From NCBI GenBank assembly GCA_024704765.1, contig JAKMXF010000349.1, forward strand, positions 62,001 through 126,000: a DNA stretch of 64,000 nt, written 5' to 3'. Position 1 is the first letter of the stretch. Every line of letters starts with the position of its first letter. The position numbers and the translations under genes were made by a program. The DNA comes from Oopsacas minuta. Lineage: Eukaryota; Animalia; Porifera. Shown in pieces: positions 37,074 through 51,766 of this stretch. Under the pieces are notes generated by a model that worked only from the letters and a program-made list of their open reading frames with translations, was not told the origin of the DNA and ran no database searches.

Positions 37074-38262
37074 TACATCTTGTCGAATTATATGCTATAA
37101 AGGGGAAGCTTCATTTGTTAGAATTTGTATGTCATTTGTTCGACAATCATTTTCTATGGTGTCATTTGTTGCGAGAAACAACGTGGATATTTATGCCATG
37201 CAAGATGTAACTTTGGGAGATTTTACTTAAATAGCCTATATGAAAGGATTTCGCTAATAATAGTATAATTTGTTCTTTTTCAATCTTGTTAGTTATTAGT
37301 TATATTTATTCAAAATTTAACAAAAATATACTATACAACACGGTTCAAATGGTTGTATAAATATCATAGAAACAAGATAAATTTTAAACTAATATCGAAA
37401 TCACTAATCCGCAGTAATAAAAAAATCAACTTTAGATTTTCGAACTAATACCAGCATAAAATACACTTGTCGAACAAATGAAAGCGCTCTGTTATAAAGT
37501 TTTTGATCAATTGTGGAACCTATAATAAATACAAATATGAATAATTATTCGAGGCTACAAATATAATATACCTGATTTATGATGTTCATATACAAATGCG
37601 AAGGCAAATCCAATATTTTCAGAAAATCAAATACAAAGAGAAATACGTATTTGCAGGCAACACTGATTTTATGACCTCATGAAGATGCTAAAATCTCGTT
37701 TTTGGTACGGGAATTGGGTAAACGGAGGTAGTAAATTTTGTTATTCCATTTAATTACGACCGCAACCCTTCAGCCGCAATCGGTTAATGATTTAGTCTAA
37801 TCCTATAAATCAAATATTAAGGAATCGACATCGTGATACCACTTACCTATACTATTGCTTAAGGATTGCATAACATATTTAGTATTTGAAATTCTCAGCA
37901 TTTCATGCCAGAATATATTTCATACAATTACATTTTCACTATTTACTATTAGTTTTCTTCATAGTGAATAAATTTTGTTTACCAATAGGGCAATATAATG
38001 AACATATGTGACTTTCTTTCAAAGCTAGAAATCATCTAGCTTTCTTCGTGGATCCATGGCTCGAAATTCACATCAATTTGTAAATGTCCCACATGATCAA
38101 AATCGTATATCAGAATTAGAAGTAGCATTAAATATGTCGTTACTTATTATGGTTGTTTTTATCCTATGAATAATTAAGTACTCTGGTTGTATTTCATCAT
38201 TATCATGAAATATTTAGTTAATTATTATCGTTGTACTTATCATATACGCTACGAACCTTTTG

Positions 38263-41074
38263 CAGGTGCGTAGACAACATTTTTAGTTTGGGGGGGCTAA
38301 CCCTCTGAGGTGTCACTATGGGATTTGACCAAAGTATAAATCAGTGGCATCAATTTGAATTAATATGAACCGATGCTATAATCATATTTTCGCAGCTTTG
38401 TTTTACCATAGTGATGGTTTTACTTTCTAGGTTTCATTCAAAATGAGAATACTTTTTAGTGCTATAGTTAGATTTGAATAATTTTGAGGTTCATAAATTT
38501 CTGGCATACTATTTCTACGAATCTATCGAATACTGTTATATATTTAACACATCTCTGGTTTTTATTACTGGGCTTCATTCCACTTTGTATTTATATGTGT
38601 TTGTGATTAAATATTTATAATTGTTAGCATTCATAATACGTTTAGATATGGCCCTAGCTCGATGGCTCGTTCAAAAAGCTCAGTCAGGATCAGGAGAGAC
38701 TGATAAAGATTCAAGTTTGCTTCCAGATAATGAACAAATGCAATTGTTGAGAACAGAAGGTGAATCCTTTAACGAAATTCAGTTAACACATCGAACCAGA
38801 CAACCAGACATCCATATACCCCAAAATGCCACCCAATCAATCCTTTCATTCCCACTACGAACCTTTGGTAAACAACAGAGAGGATTTAACCTTTCATGGT
38901 ATAAAACATTCCCCTGGTTGCATTATCAAGAAGGTAGCGATAGTGTATTGTGTTTTTACTGCTTGGTGGCAGATAAACATGGTTTAAAGATATCAGGGTA
39001 CATGGGTGAAATGTTCACAAGCACTGGATTCAGCAATTGGAAAAAGCAATAGAAAAATTCGAAAAACATCAAAGTTCAAAATCTCATCGTGAAGCTGTTG
39101 ACCTTGTAATAACAATACCAAGCACAACCAAAGATGTTGGTGAAATGTTGAACAAAAGTCATGCCGAGCAAAAGGATGAGAACAGACAAGTGCTGTTTAA
39201 AATTTTCAGCAGCGTTCGTCACCTTAGTAGGCAAGGCATTGCTTTTCGTGATCGATGAAAAACTGATGACCCTGAATTATTGAATGGTGAGTCAGACTCG
39301 AACTTTATACAGCTACTTCGAATACGAGCTGAAGACAATCCAAATCTATTGAAGTGGCTTGACAAGTGTCAAGACAAATTTACTAGTCCAGACATACAAA
39401 ATGAAATCCTCAAGCTGATGTCATTAAGGATATTGAGGGATATTGTACAACAGATTTCAGGAAAAAATGTATATCATAATGGTTGATGAAACAACCGATC
39501 TGTCAAACACTGAACAAATGGTATTGTGCCTGCGTCACGTTGATGATGACTTAAATGTTCATGAAGAGCTCATTGGTCTCTACAGTTTGGAATCAACTTC
39601 TGCTGACAATATAATGTTGACAATTCAGGACATACTGTTGCGCTTGAATTTATCTATCAATAATTGCCGTGGTCAATGCTACGATGGAGCCAGCAACATG
39701 TCTGGAATACGATCAGGAGTTGCCACTAAAGTATCTTCTTTAGAACCTCGAGCACTCTATACCCATTGTTATGGGCATGCATTGAACCTTGCTATTCAGG
39801 ATGGAATTAAAGGCACAAAAGTTATGGTGGATACATTGAGTACAGTATATGAGATTACAAAACTAATTAAGAAATCGCCTAAAAGAGATGCAATCTTTAG
39901 CAAGTTAAAAGATGAAATTTCAGAGTGCTCTCCCGGGATTAGAATACTATGTCCAACACGATGGACAGTAAGGGCTGAAGCGTTTAGTTCCATCTCAGAG
40001 AATTATCACGTACTACAATTGACTTGGAATGTAGCAAAAGATGCAACAAAAGATACTGAATTAAAAGCTAGGATTGGAGGAGTTGCAGCACACATGGAAA
40101 AATTTGAATTCTTTTTTGGAGTTGAACTAGGACGAAAAATCTTAAACATGACCGATAATTTGTCTTAGTCATTGCAAACTAAAACGATATCAGCACATGA
40201 AGGACAAACCCTTGTGAAGATAACGCTTTCTACACTCCTGAAAATGAGAACTGGGATTAACTTCAATTTGTTTTGGAAGTATGTAGAATGTAGAAGATCA
40301 TCAATCGAGGTTTCTTCTCCGGCACTCCCCAGAAAAAGGAAATTCCCCGAAAATATGAAACAGATGGAAATACTACAGAGTACCCAACTAGTGTTGAGGA
40401 ACGTTATAGAAAAATTTATTTTCAAATAATTGATCTAACTATGGCAGCTATCAAGGACAGATTTGATCAGAAAGGATTCCAGATGCTCCAAAATTTAGAA
40501 ACAGCCCTGACTAGTTCAGAAAACGCCAGTGATTCAGATTTGATTGGTTCTATAATCGCATTCTACGGAGATGACTTTACCCATGCAGACCGTCTTCAAA
40601 CGCAGTTGAAACTCTTGCATTGCAGTGGAGCAGCTTTGACGGATTTGCCATCAATAATAATTTATCTCAAATCTTTGAATAGTACAGAAAAATCTTTCTT
40701 CTCAGAGGTAATCAAAATAGTGAAATTAATTCTTGTGATGCCAGCAACTAATGCCACAAGTGAAAGAAGTTTCAGTGCACTCCGCAGACTTAAGACCTGG
40801 CTGCGTACGACTACATGCCAAGCACGATTGAATTGGTGCTTGTTACTTCATGTGCACAAACAAAGAACGGACGGTTTACCATTAAAAGAATTAGTAAATG
40901 AATTTGTTACTTGTAATGAGAGTAGGATGCGTTTGTTTGGAAGATATCCGGAATAACTTCATGAATTATTAATAAAGCATAATTTCACATATGTTTTCAA
41001 GAATTTTCGGGAATTGATGAGGCAAAATTTGGGGGGGCTTAAGCCCCCCCAAGCCCCCCTTGTCTACGGCTATG
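38263..41074 (+). mobile_element. Near-full-length hAT element (ZMYM1-like transposase) with several frameshifts and stops
   Basis: ORF pieces 38648-40956: FPWLHY...VLCFYC, IMVDETTDLSNTEQ, CRGQCYDGASNMSG, HCYGHALNL, LCPTRW, MPATNATSERSFSALRRLKT. Termini share cgtagacaa (caggtgcgtagacaa / catagccgtagacaa); no TSD match found. Confidence 0.9.
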
Positions 41075-43939
41075 CTATACATATAAAGTTATACATATAC
41101 AGTAAACAAATAGTTCAAAACTTAAAATTTACGTAGAAACCTACTCGGCTGTTCACATCCTAGGAGAAGGTGAACAATTTGTAGACATATTCGTAAGGTG
41201 CATCAGTTGGCCTTTATATTGGGAACAAAACTTGGCTCTTTATTTGTAATGTTGGTTACTTCCTAAGAAATCATAATGTACAATTTCATTGGTGTTCAAC
41301 AAGTGTTTAGCTGTAGTCAATTCAAATATTCCAAAGTACAGGCTTGGTAATGGGATTTGACCGGATGTTTTCACAATTATAGAAGAGTGTAAATCTTTTA
41401 GGAGTTAAACTATATGACGCAAATTTGGTATATTTGGAGTAATTGTATCCGCTTATAATACAGATTTATAGTATAGAGATTGTGACTTCATAGATAGAGG
41501 AGAAAGACAAATGGGACTCACTAATAGAATCATATTAGGCCATCCAAAATCAAATACCTATAATCTCTTAAACAGTGCAACTTAGGCAATCATATTGCAT
41601 TATCTGTAGATAAACAACACCTAAATTACCCAAATCTAAGTTTAAAACGCTGGAGACCTATATGAAGTACATTTAAGGGAAACCTTTCTTGAAAACCGGA
41701 AAATACCATTGAAAATCTATACATTAGACTAATCTATTTGCGCACCCTAAACCCTACTTGAATTCAAATGAAATTGTATATTTTCAGTGTTTAGGATAAA
41801 AATGATGAGCAAACTGTTGTTTCCAATGTAAGGGACGACTAATGCATCCTAATACATAGTAATTCCATAGAAGAAAAGATGTCAAGTGAGTCCCATGCAT
41901 TTATCAATTCGAAGACAATCATATGCTTGAGATTTGTAGCAGACAATTCAAGTGATTTGAGTGCTTGGGGAATCCTGGCGAAGTCGGACTAACTGGTGTG
42001 CTGAGATGTAGATTCAGATTTAGGGGGCCTACCGACCCTAAACGAACCGTCACCACCTCCTCCTTGAGCCTCATGTTTACACGCAATAGCGCCGAGACTG
42101 TGGCCAGGGGGAAAATCCCGAGGCCCATGCTCACTAAATTTTCTCATTCTCTGTACCAATTACCGATCATGCGTTTCCATCATCTATGCAAACCTTCATG
42201 CGAGTTTACTTATTTCATACATGCAAAGTGCGAATATATTTTTGTGTCATATCCCTGTGTGGAGCTCTCATTTCCCTTTGTATTGGCCAGACCCCTGTAC
42301 ACCTACATAATATTTCTCGCTCCTTGCGCTCGCGAGTTCAGAAAGTTAATGGAATAATTTATGTTTGATATTCGCTCTTCCATTAATATGTAAAACATTT
42401 TTTGATCCAAAACGCATAAACATTGAAATATACTGTCATACTGTTTATTAGTCACAAGGTTTGGCATGATTTGAATTTGGAAACATTCCTGTGTTGTTAC
42501 GAAAATGTGTTTTCAATTGTTGAAGCTATAACACAGAAACTATGAATGCTATGGCTCTCAACTTTATACCATAGAGTTCCTTGATATTCAACTTCCCATT
42601 CACTAATACTAAATTTCATTTTATTTCAGTTGAGACTTGAGATATTATGACCTTTCTCATATATTTTATGACTACCATCTATATAGCAGATGTCAAAATA
42701 TCTCAATAAGTATTAGCAAAAAGCAAATGAACTATAAAATTAGTGAATAGGAAGTTATTACAGGACTACTGGTATAAATCTCTGAGCCAGAGCACACATA
42801 GCATATAAGTTATAGCATAAACAAACAGAAATGCATTTTCTTAGCAATACAGGAATGTGTTCACAATCCATTCATATCAACCATTGTTCTCACATATACT
42901 ATTCGCCTCTATTATATAGAACTGTCAAGCATTAAAACACTGAGAACTTAGATTAAACACAGTTTGTAAAGGAGCATTTTCGTTCTAAAACTAGCTCTTG
43001 CATATTATAGGAAATTGAATTGTATACTTTGATATTATATCCCTATCTATCATTTTTACCTCAGCTCTGATATATATCTTTCTGGAAATATGTGCTAAAT
43101 ACACATTTCCTGTTGGCCATCTCGTTTTCAAGCTTTCTCGGTAATATATACAGCAGGATAAATTAAGTCGACTATGTTGCGCCATTTAGTATGTCACTTA
43201 GGTCACGCCCGTCCCCGTACATATGGCTGCATAATAGAGAATAGAAGCATATATGAAGAAATTAATTATGTACACCTATAACTTTAGAAAATGTAACATT
43301 TCAAGAATATGAAACCGAACTAAAACTTCGAAGCTAAGTTAAAGAATTAACTACTACTTCGGAATATATTTCGACTTTTCCTGAAAAGGCCATACAATAT
43401 ACAGACTGGTTTCCAATTATCAATTTTCAGCTAATACCCTAAACAAAAGTAAGAAGCTACTTAATAAGGACTGCTAAAGCAGGAAACGAAGTATGAGTCT
43501 ATCATTGCCAAAATTCCTTATATTTTGGTCATTTTGGAGGTCGTGTCGTTTACCTATCTTAGAAAGAAAATTTGTAATGTAGAGTAAAACGAGTAATATT
43601 TCTCTTTGTTCATTTATAAGCATAAAGTTAGACCAAAGGATTCTTCTTGCATGCTAACACTGTTGCCAGGAAAAGTTTTCAAAAGTTTTTGTGTTAATTT
43701 TATAGGCCCTTGAATTTGAATTTAACAAAGATTATGATTGTTCTTAAGATGGCCATTGAAACTACCTGTATTCGTATATTCGAGAATTCTTTTAATCGAC
43801 ATCAAACATAAATATTTTGGGTAGTAATAACCAATAGTTATGAATTATTATACCTTTCTTAAGCGCTACTAATGGATTGTCATTGCGTCACTTTTTTGAA
43901 TCCTTAAGGAAATTAATAATTGTCATCATCCTTAAATAA

Positions 43940-44184
43940 TAGAGTTTGTTTTAACATATTTCAAGACACTGTTATCTTTATGGAGTGGAATAAGATTGCC
44001 AATTAACTCAGCTAGTTATATGTATACCGATAGTAATGCTAGAGTAGAAAATTGGTTTAGAATTGTGGAATATAGCATTTATTATACATATGACAGATTG
44101 AAAGCAGCAAATTTCATAAAAACAATTTATGTAAATATTTATGATAGGATTGCTGCTATTAAGTTACCTGTAACTCTATACTGA
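43940..44184 (+). pseudogene. Possible NOF/Foldback-type (MULE-related) transposase fragment
   Basis: LTYF...LWSGI.L...DSNARVENWFRIV.YSI resembles, from memory, the conserved C-terminal block of NOF-like transposases; short and unverified. Confidence 0.3.
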
Positions 44185-44188
44185 TAAT

Positions 44189-44515
44189 CTAAGTTGTATA
44201 ATACGCGTATGACGTATAATACGTTATACGTGATCTTGTACGTATTATATGTCTAGGTTAACCTCGAAATAGGAGATTTTGACATTTTTAGACTTGTATA
44301 TCATCTAATTATCAAGTATTATATAATTTGGTCAACTATGCTGAAATTTCATATTAACAATTCGAGAACTTCTGTTTTATGTAAAATATTCATTGCAGAA
44401 TTCAGCCCAATTGAAGTTACGGCACCAGAAATTGTAGATTGAACGTATAATACGTATTATGAAATATGTATTATACGTAATATATCTCCATTCAAAGACG
44501 TATTATACAACTTAG
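44189..44515. mobile_element. 327-bp MITE with CTAAGTTGTATAATACG termini and 8-bp TSD, copy 1
   Basis: TIRs ctaagttgtataatacg / cgtattatacaacttag; TSD ctgataat / ctaataat; near-identical copy at 62643-62974. Confidence 0.88.
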
Positions 44516-45016
44516 CTAATAATATTGTGAGCAATCAAGGTATAACGAATACTATGTGTGATTCGAGATCGATTTTTGTATGCTCTGTGTAATGTTTAAA
44601 AATACAAAGAAATTTCGCTACAACTCCTAGCAGATTCTCATTAGTCATTACTATATCAATCTGATTAAAGTTCTTTTGTTTATAAAATGTGTTGTTTGAA
44701 ATCAATTGTGCCTAAAGATAATTCGGAATCGTTTTTGAGGAGATCTATAGCCTACTAAATATACAGCTCTGCAACTTACCGATTACAAGGTCAAAATATA
44801 AGGCCGCTTAATGTATTCATACCAAAACATAATAATTATTTTAAAATTCTTTAATCCTATTATTATTATCTGTCATCGCAATGAACAAAATGCTCTCTTT
44901 ACTTTCCAACACCATGTTTATGCAATATAATCTTCAGACTCATGTTATTTCATTAATTTATCTTACCTTCCCTTAAGTCTGTTTTTATTAGTTTTTAACC
45001 AACTGACTGCGGCTAC

Positions 45017-47520
45017 ATGATGTGTTGTAAATGTGCAGCTGTTGGTTGCAAGACTGGAAACTTCTCAGGGCCTCGAAGAGCTATACTCCAATTCCCGGAA
45101 ATGCTACCTTATGTGCGAAGTGGGTTGACCTTGTTAAGAGTAAGGATTTTTTGTAATGGAGAGTTCATGAATTTGTATCCATCATTTCGAAAGTAATTAC
45201 CTTTTTCTTTGTAAAGAAAGAGCTCCACTCAACTATTTTCTCAAGCCTATTCCAAATATACATCCTTCTTCTATTGCTAAAAGCCAATCGGTATTTCACA
45301 TCAGGGTGGATAATGTCTCAAACTACGTATATTCAAACAAGATGAGCTGTCTCACTTTAAGCACAAATATACAGTAGTTAACAAGAGAAATGTCTTATTT
45401 TTGCCTTATATTTGTAAGTAGCTGATGAATACTGGAACTTTCAGTTGATGTCTCATACTTTGGAGTTCCTGCATATCGAGTTAGGATAGACTCAGGAATA
45501 GCCGTTGCTCAAAAGTGTGTAAATGTAACGAATGATTGCATGTAGTACTCAGTTTTGAATCATATCTTATTCCCCTTACTGAGAACATATCCACAACAGC
45601 TGGATGCAAATTGACTTCCCAGACATGCTCACTAACCTACCAAACTACTGTAGAACTACATCACACGGCTACAATATCGAAATAATCGAAAAGTTGATAA
45701 TGTTACGTTTTTCTCATCCCCATAGCCGGCATTACCCTTCAGTATTTTAAAAATTTCTTTACTGCTTCTAATTCTGTTTACAAACTTCTCAAAACAAACT
45801 AATACTCTTCTTGCCTAGTGAACATTTACATAAGAAGCTTAACTCACACACAATCGATAACAGTATAGCCCTCTGCACACTTAGAAGTAAATAACTAATT
45901 GGAAAATGATGTCGTTATCCTACTAGATGAAATGTACCTTCAAACTCCAGTCCAATTCGATGGACAAAATGTAATCAGCTCTGACCTTGATCAAAACATG
46001 TTCTAGACTATATTGTGCTTTATGGTCGTTTAGTTGAAGAAAACTATCCCTTATGTTTAAAAGCAACACATATTGTTAAACTCACTTTCCTAGATGTTTA
46101 TAATTGAATCTTCAACTGCGTTCCAGTCCTAAACGATGGGAATTTTCACCTTCGAGGACTATTTGCAGACAACCATTCAACTAACATGAAGGCATATAAG
46201 GTCTTGCTAAAGAAGTTACCCACTTGGCAATAGACAATATTGCATCAACAACTCATTTAATTCTGCACAGCATATTTTCTTGATGTTCGAAATAATCTTA
46301 TATCTTCTAGATTTCCCAGGTTCCACAATTTCTCTTTAACTTACAAGATACAGTTTTCAACATTCCTCCAGTGTTCGTTATCTGGTCTCATCTTCAACGA
46401 GTTCACTTTATTTAACCTTGAATGCTCATCTAAAGAAGCGCCAAAGATGTCTTATTCAGTTCTTCTTCCAGGAAACAATAAGCAATCTGTGTCACTTGCT
46501 CTCACATTATTTGAACCAATTAGCACTTCTACGATTCGAAGTCATTTCCTCGATGAGTACACTACTATCACCTAACTCGAAATTATTTATGCCTGGTGGT
46601 TAGTAATCAATGCTTGAGAATGTTTCCATCCAACACGAATAGCAAACGTTCTCGTATCGAATGACAAAATAGATTTTCTTCAAGCAATTAATGATTGGCT
46701 TGAAACTTGAGATTATAGTCAGTTCATCGGACTTTCCAAGCAAGCTTTCCAATCCTTTCACTGCCAATCGTGTCGTTGCTGACCTAAGCTCTTAACTACT
46801 ATCAGCTGGATATCAGTATATACTCACAGGCAGATTGCAAACTGATCCTCTTGAGAGGGATAATCTCATTGCAACACAGATGAGTGGTGGTCGATTTCTG
46901 GTTAGTTTAACTGAAGTTATCCGTTCCGTGTTGATAATTTCCTTGAAAACTAATTTCAAGAACGAATTAACAGTAGAAGAATTAACACACTTAGATGAAT
47001 TGGATGACTAACAAATCTCCAAGTTCATAACAGATGCTCGCTTTGGGAACCATTGATATATTTTATTTTCGAACAATACCTCAGAAGTTATCTCTTGTGT
47101 TGCAGGATAAATTTCCAATTGTTTGCGAAAATATCCAGTTGTACTGAATGTGGCGGAAAGCTAAAGCAGCATCATGTAGCCAATAACTATGCACGATTAC
47201 TAAACCATTGCCTGATATTACTACCATCTGCTCTCAACAATTACACTTTTACAGCTTTTGCAATTAGACACTTATGAATATCAAATCCTATGTTTTTAAA
47301 TTTTGTGGAATCTTGGGTCACAAGTTGCTCAATGAAATCTCGCAGGATTGGAATACTCATTTTATTTGCTCTACACGCTAGCAAAATTCGCTCGATGATT
47401 AATGCTACTATTACTAACGTATTTTTTTCCCATTTAGCAAATTCTCTCTCTGAAGCCACCCAAAAAAACAAATCGAGGGAACGGAAGGATGAGTTTAAGT
47501 CCCTCAAGATCCCCAGGGCA
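45017..47520 (+). pseudogene. THAP-domain P-element-type transposase remnant
   Basis: CAAVGCK...FP...W...ICIHHF (THAP), VILLDEMYLQ...ILCFMVV.LKKTIPYV, ADNHSTN, YILTGRLQTDPLER...QMSGGRFLVSL, ITNVFF; heavily disrupted; termini not located. Confidence 0.88.
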
Positions 47521-48084
47521 TTATCGATAAAATTCACCCTTATTAATCAACATTCCTTCTTGTATGTGGTAGTTTACGATATTATAAACATCGATTTAGC
47601 ATCAATTATAAAATTATAAACTAAGACATTAAAATATAAATTAGGCTTCTTTCTTGACCTTGTATTCAGGTAAGATGCATATACGCATAGCTGTATATTT
47701 CGTAGGATACTGACATATTGGAGATACACCTCAAAATAATCATTGAAATAAGAACTAGTTCATTGTTCTTGCATTCGTAATTAACTGTATTTGAAAATAA
47801 GTAATTACTTAATACAAGTGTAAAGAATTCGCGAAGTTACCTGAGTTAAGTGAAAATTAGTATGCAAAAATACAATGAAAACTTAAGCAAGTAGGCAATA
47901 TAAATATATATAGGTAAGAAAAAAGTTACAGTGTATAGGCTACAAGATAACAACGATAGTCTGTACTACAGCGATAGTACAGTGAAGAATAATAAAAATT
48001 GAGAATTAATCATAATTTCAAAAAATAAAATTCTGAAAAAGCACCAGCGACCCCACTTTCTTTAAGAAATTGAGCTATAGATTA

Positions 48085-49271
48085 CGAGGAGTACTAAGTT
48101 TTATCCTTAGATAGTATAAACATTGGATATACTTCATATAGTGCTTGAATTTTCTCAAAATATTCGCTATGACCAGCTATGCAGCTTTGCATACACAACA
48201 TACAATCTTCGAATTATTGGTAACAATTTTTCAATGGAGTACTTTCAAGCTCATCAAAGACCACCGACTCTAACTCTTCGTCGCTAGAAAGGCATCTATC
48301 TTTGAGCTTTTCCTTAGGCTTGGGGAGAGTCAAAAAGTCATATGGGGCTAAATTGGGAGAATATCTTTATGCGGCAGGGTAGATACTCCATTTTCTTGAA
48401 TATAATCCATTGTATGTGCCACTTTATGTGCTGGTGCATTATCATAATACAATTTAATGCATCGTAAGCCAGTTTTCGGTCGACGATATGCTTGATCTCA
48501 TCGAAGACTGCTCTAAAACAAACATTGGTATACTATTTTTCAGTAACCGTAGCATTCTTTTCACGTTTAATGACCTTTATCAAACCTTGAGGATTGACAA
48601 ACATTGCTTACATCCTCTTACACACTGACTTTGGCCGTTTCACTTGGACAGGTGGAGGATCATCTTCGAATGCCTACAATTTCGCTTTGTCCTTTGGTAG
48701 AGGGTCGTAGAGATAAACCAGGCTTCATCACCGGTAACAATGTCATACATCCTCCTCCCTGGTCAGAGTTATGTTTATCGAGCGGTTTCTTCTTAACTGT
48801 TTGTAACTGATATGTGGGTTCGAAACAGTTCACTATCTACGGCTTCAATCATCTCTGGTTGAGGCTGTGGAAAGTGAAGTGTAACTTCTTCGTTTGATCT
48901 TCAGAACGTGGTTCACTTTCAAAGGATGCCCTACCCAGTCTTGAATTCGCGATACCACCTTTGTGTAGTGCTTAATGAGACTACGTCATCACCTAATACC
49001 TTCTGCATTTCAAAAGACATTCTTCTTTTGATAAATCACGCTTGAAATTGTAGTTTACTATGACCCGTAATTCGCTCATGCCCAACGCTTCCATGGAGAT
49101 AGGAAATATGCTTAACTGGTATTACACAATTATACGTAATTATATGAATTTTGTAAGTTTTCATAATCAAATTTGTAACGAGACATTCGGTGGTTAATAC
49201 TTGTGGGAAAGCTTTTAGTTGATAGTGATAAAATTACATAGTTAAAGACAAAGCTTTCTTAGTGCCCCTGG
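48085..49271 (-). mobile_element. Decayed mariner (DD34D-type) element
   Basis: TA-flanked divergent TIRs cgaggagtactaag / ccaggggcactaag. Minus-strand fragments MEALGMSELRVIV, WYREFKTG, IVTGDEAWF, YDNAPAH, YSPNLAPYDF. Confidence 0.88.
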
Positions 49272-49294
49272 TACTATAAAAGGTATCTGTAAAG

Positions 49295-49444
49295 CAGCGG
49301 TTCCCAACCATTTTCACCTATGGACGACATATACAAATTTAACACATTCTGTGGAGGGGGCACAGACTGCAATAGATCCTGTGGACCCCTTGCTATCCTC
49401 TGTGGACCACCAAAGGCCCATGGGCACGAGGTTGGAAACCGCAG
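49295..49444. mobile_element. 150-bp hAT (Charlie-like) MITE
   Basis: TIRs cagcggttcccaacc / ctgcggtttccaacc; degenerate TSD ctgtaaag / ttctaaag. Confidence 0.7.
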
Positions 49445-50277
49445 TTCTAAAGTTTGAGGCGATTTTGAGGGTAACAATTCCGAGAATTGAATTCTAAGTT
49501 GGAGTTCGTAACACATAAAAACTGAATTTAATGATTTTGGAATGGCGTTGTTTGGTGCGAATATTTAGTATTTCACGATAATATAAGTTTTGAGGAAAGT
49601 TTACATCTCAACTATCGATTAGCATTAAGATAATTTAGGTTCAGCATGATAAAGGTTGAGAAATCAAAGTTTGCACTGACCCTACTTTATGCATAACCTA
49701 ATCCATCCCCCTCAACTCACACCCCAACTTCAACTTTGAAAGCCGATAGCTCAGCGCGTTGTATGTTGATTTTACATAAACGTCCATATCTCCTAAATAT
49801 AGGCGAGGAATTTCAATGAAGTTGTGTACATACCTACTGTGACAAAAAAGTGAGTAAAAATTACATCTTTTGAAAATAATATATATTGCCAAAACGCCCA
49901 ACATTCCTCTATCAAATGATACCAAATTAGTTTAAATCAGAGGTGTACAAGTGAGTAAAATTAGTGATTGATGTTTACATGGTCGAATACTAGGGTAACT
50001 TTACACATATTTTGATGGACCACGGATAATAAAATCATAAATCTCTGCTATAATATAAACCCGAGGCACGAACTCCTTAGAATACAAGTGCCCAAATTAC
50101 TAACCAAAAGTGATGTAGCAGCTCCAGTATTACCACAGAACGCCATTAAATGGATATGGATGTACCATGGTTGATACACGATAATATTTTCCACAACAAA
50201 TAAACCTCGAGGCACGTAGTGCTGAGTATATTTGGGGTTGTTTAATACTTAAACTAAATATAACACACCAAGCTGTC

Positions 50278-50309
50278 GCACAGCGACCGAGGAAGCGAAT
50301 CGCGCTAGT
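50278..50309 (+). repeat. Helitron-like 3' terminus motif ending CTAG|T, copy 1
   Basis: 26/32 identical to 54899-54930; both are GC-rich and end gcgctagt before AT-rich sequence. Confidence 0.35.
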
Positions 50310-51766
50310 ATTATATTTACCTAATTAATTGCTCTTTAATCCATTCAGTTCCTGCTTTAATATTATTTCTACTCATATACTGTACGTGGATTGAATTTGA
50401 ATGTAAGAATTCTCAATATATACATACTACATATATTGAGAATCCGAAAATAGACGGAGCACTGATTCTATAAAATTTATTACGTACAATTTTAACTCTT
50501 AGTGAATTCGAATTAAGTTCGAACTTAGGCTCTACTTTTTGTAAATATGTCGGTGCGTTTCATATAAGATATTCTTATATTTTTCACAATATACCGAGGA
50601 GATTCAAGAGAACTTCTATCCACTGCAATATGTGCCTGGAAACTTGGTATAAGTTTGTGGCGATATTAGCTCACAATTCAATTTTTAATAATTAACGAAA
50701 TTCTGAATGCTAAATTGGAGCTGACTATTCATCCGTAAATTGTATATTGTCAACACTTGATATATCGACACGAGTATGACGAAATACCAGTGTATATCGA
50801 GGTAATTATCCCAGTCTCTTGAGCTTCGTTGTTACTACAGGTATCCGTATTTTCAGAAAAATTTACAGTTAAAAAATTCAACACCTTATTAATTACCTTA
50901 AGAAATTGTACAGTTTTTGGTGTGCAGGGAGTTATTTCGATCTTTCAAGCTAATAAGTTAATAGATGTCTCATGATAATATTCAAAGCGTGATTAACATT
51001 GGTAGTTCTAAAGCTCAGTGCAAATAATCTTTGCTGTTAACTTTGGTTCTTGTTTCAATATATTATAATCCCCGCATAGACCAAAGGATACAAAATTTAA
51101 TAATCGATTAGTCGCTCTATATATTAAGGGAAAGCTTTGTTCATGTTCTAAGGCCATGTAAAATATATTGCTTGTTTCTCATCGATTTTTTTCTGCGAAA
51201 TAGGAGCGGGGGGCGGCATGTTATTTGTATTTTTGTTTAGCGTAATTTTACTAATTTAAACAATCTCGCTAATACGAATCTCTGATAAGACGAACAATAT
51301 TCGTACATTATCAGGTCCCTACAACCGTACTTCAATGGTTATTTCTCTGGTTTATGAACTCCGGAAAGGCGAATAAATTTTAACCATAAAAGTATTCTAC
51401 TATTTCAGAAATGCAAATATTTTGTTATATTCTTATTCGCCCATGTAACTAAGATATTCTTATACATCGATATCCGTCAATCTACATAAATTCATCTTGT
51501 TCACGCTTATTCTCTGCTTTATAATTAATAGTATTTTATACATCAGCGTAATTAGATTTTAGTTTGATATACTTAGTATTTTATAAGGTAAGTGGTCGAA
51601 TACTTTTGTCCTTTGACTGTATTTTGGAGAACTAATACTCACTTCCTCTCTATAATCTGAATTATTGTACACAATTTAAATAATAATGATAAATAATAAC
51701 AATAATAATATTAAAAATTTAGTGCCACACCCCAGGGCTGATTTTTGCCATACAGGGAGAGGTATT

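Noticed and set aside
41965-42357. 130-aa ORF in a GC-rich island
   Set aside because: No domain similarity; the sequence contains hAT-MITE-like end fragments (ggccagacccctg), so it is probably non-coding repeat.
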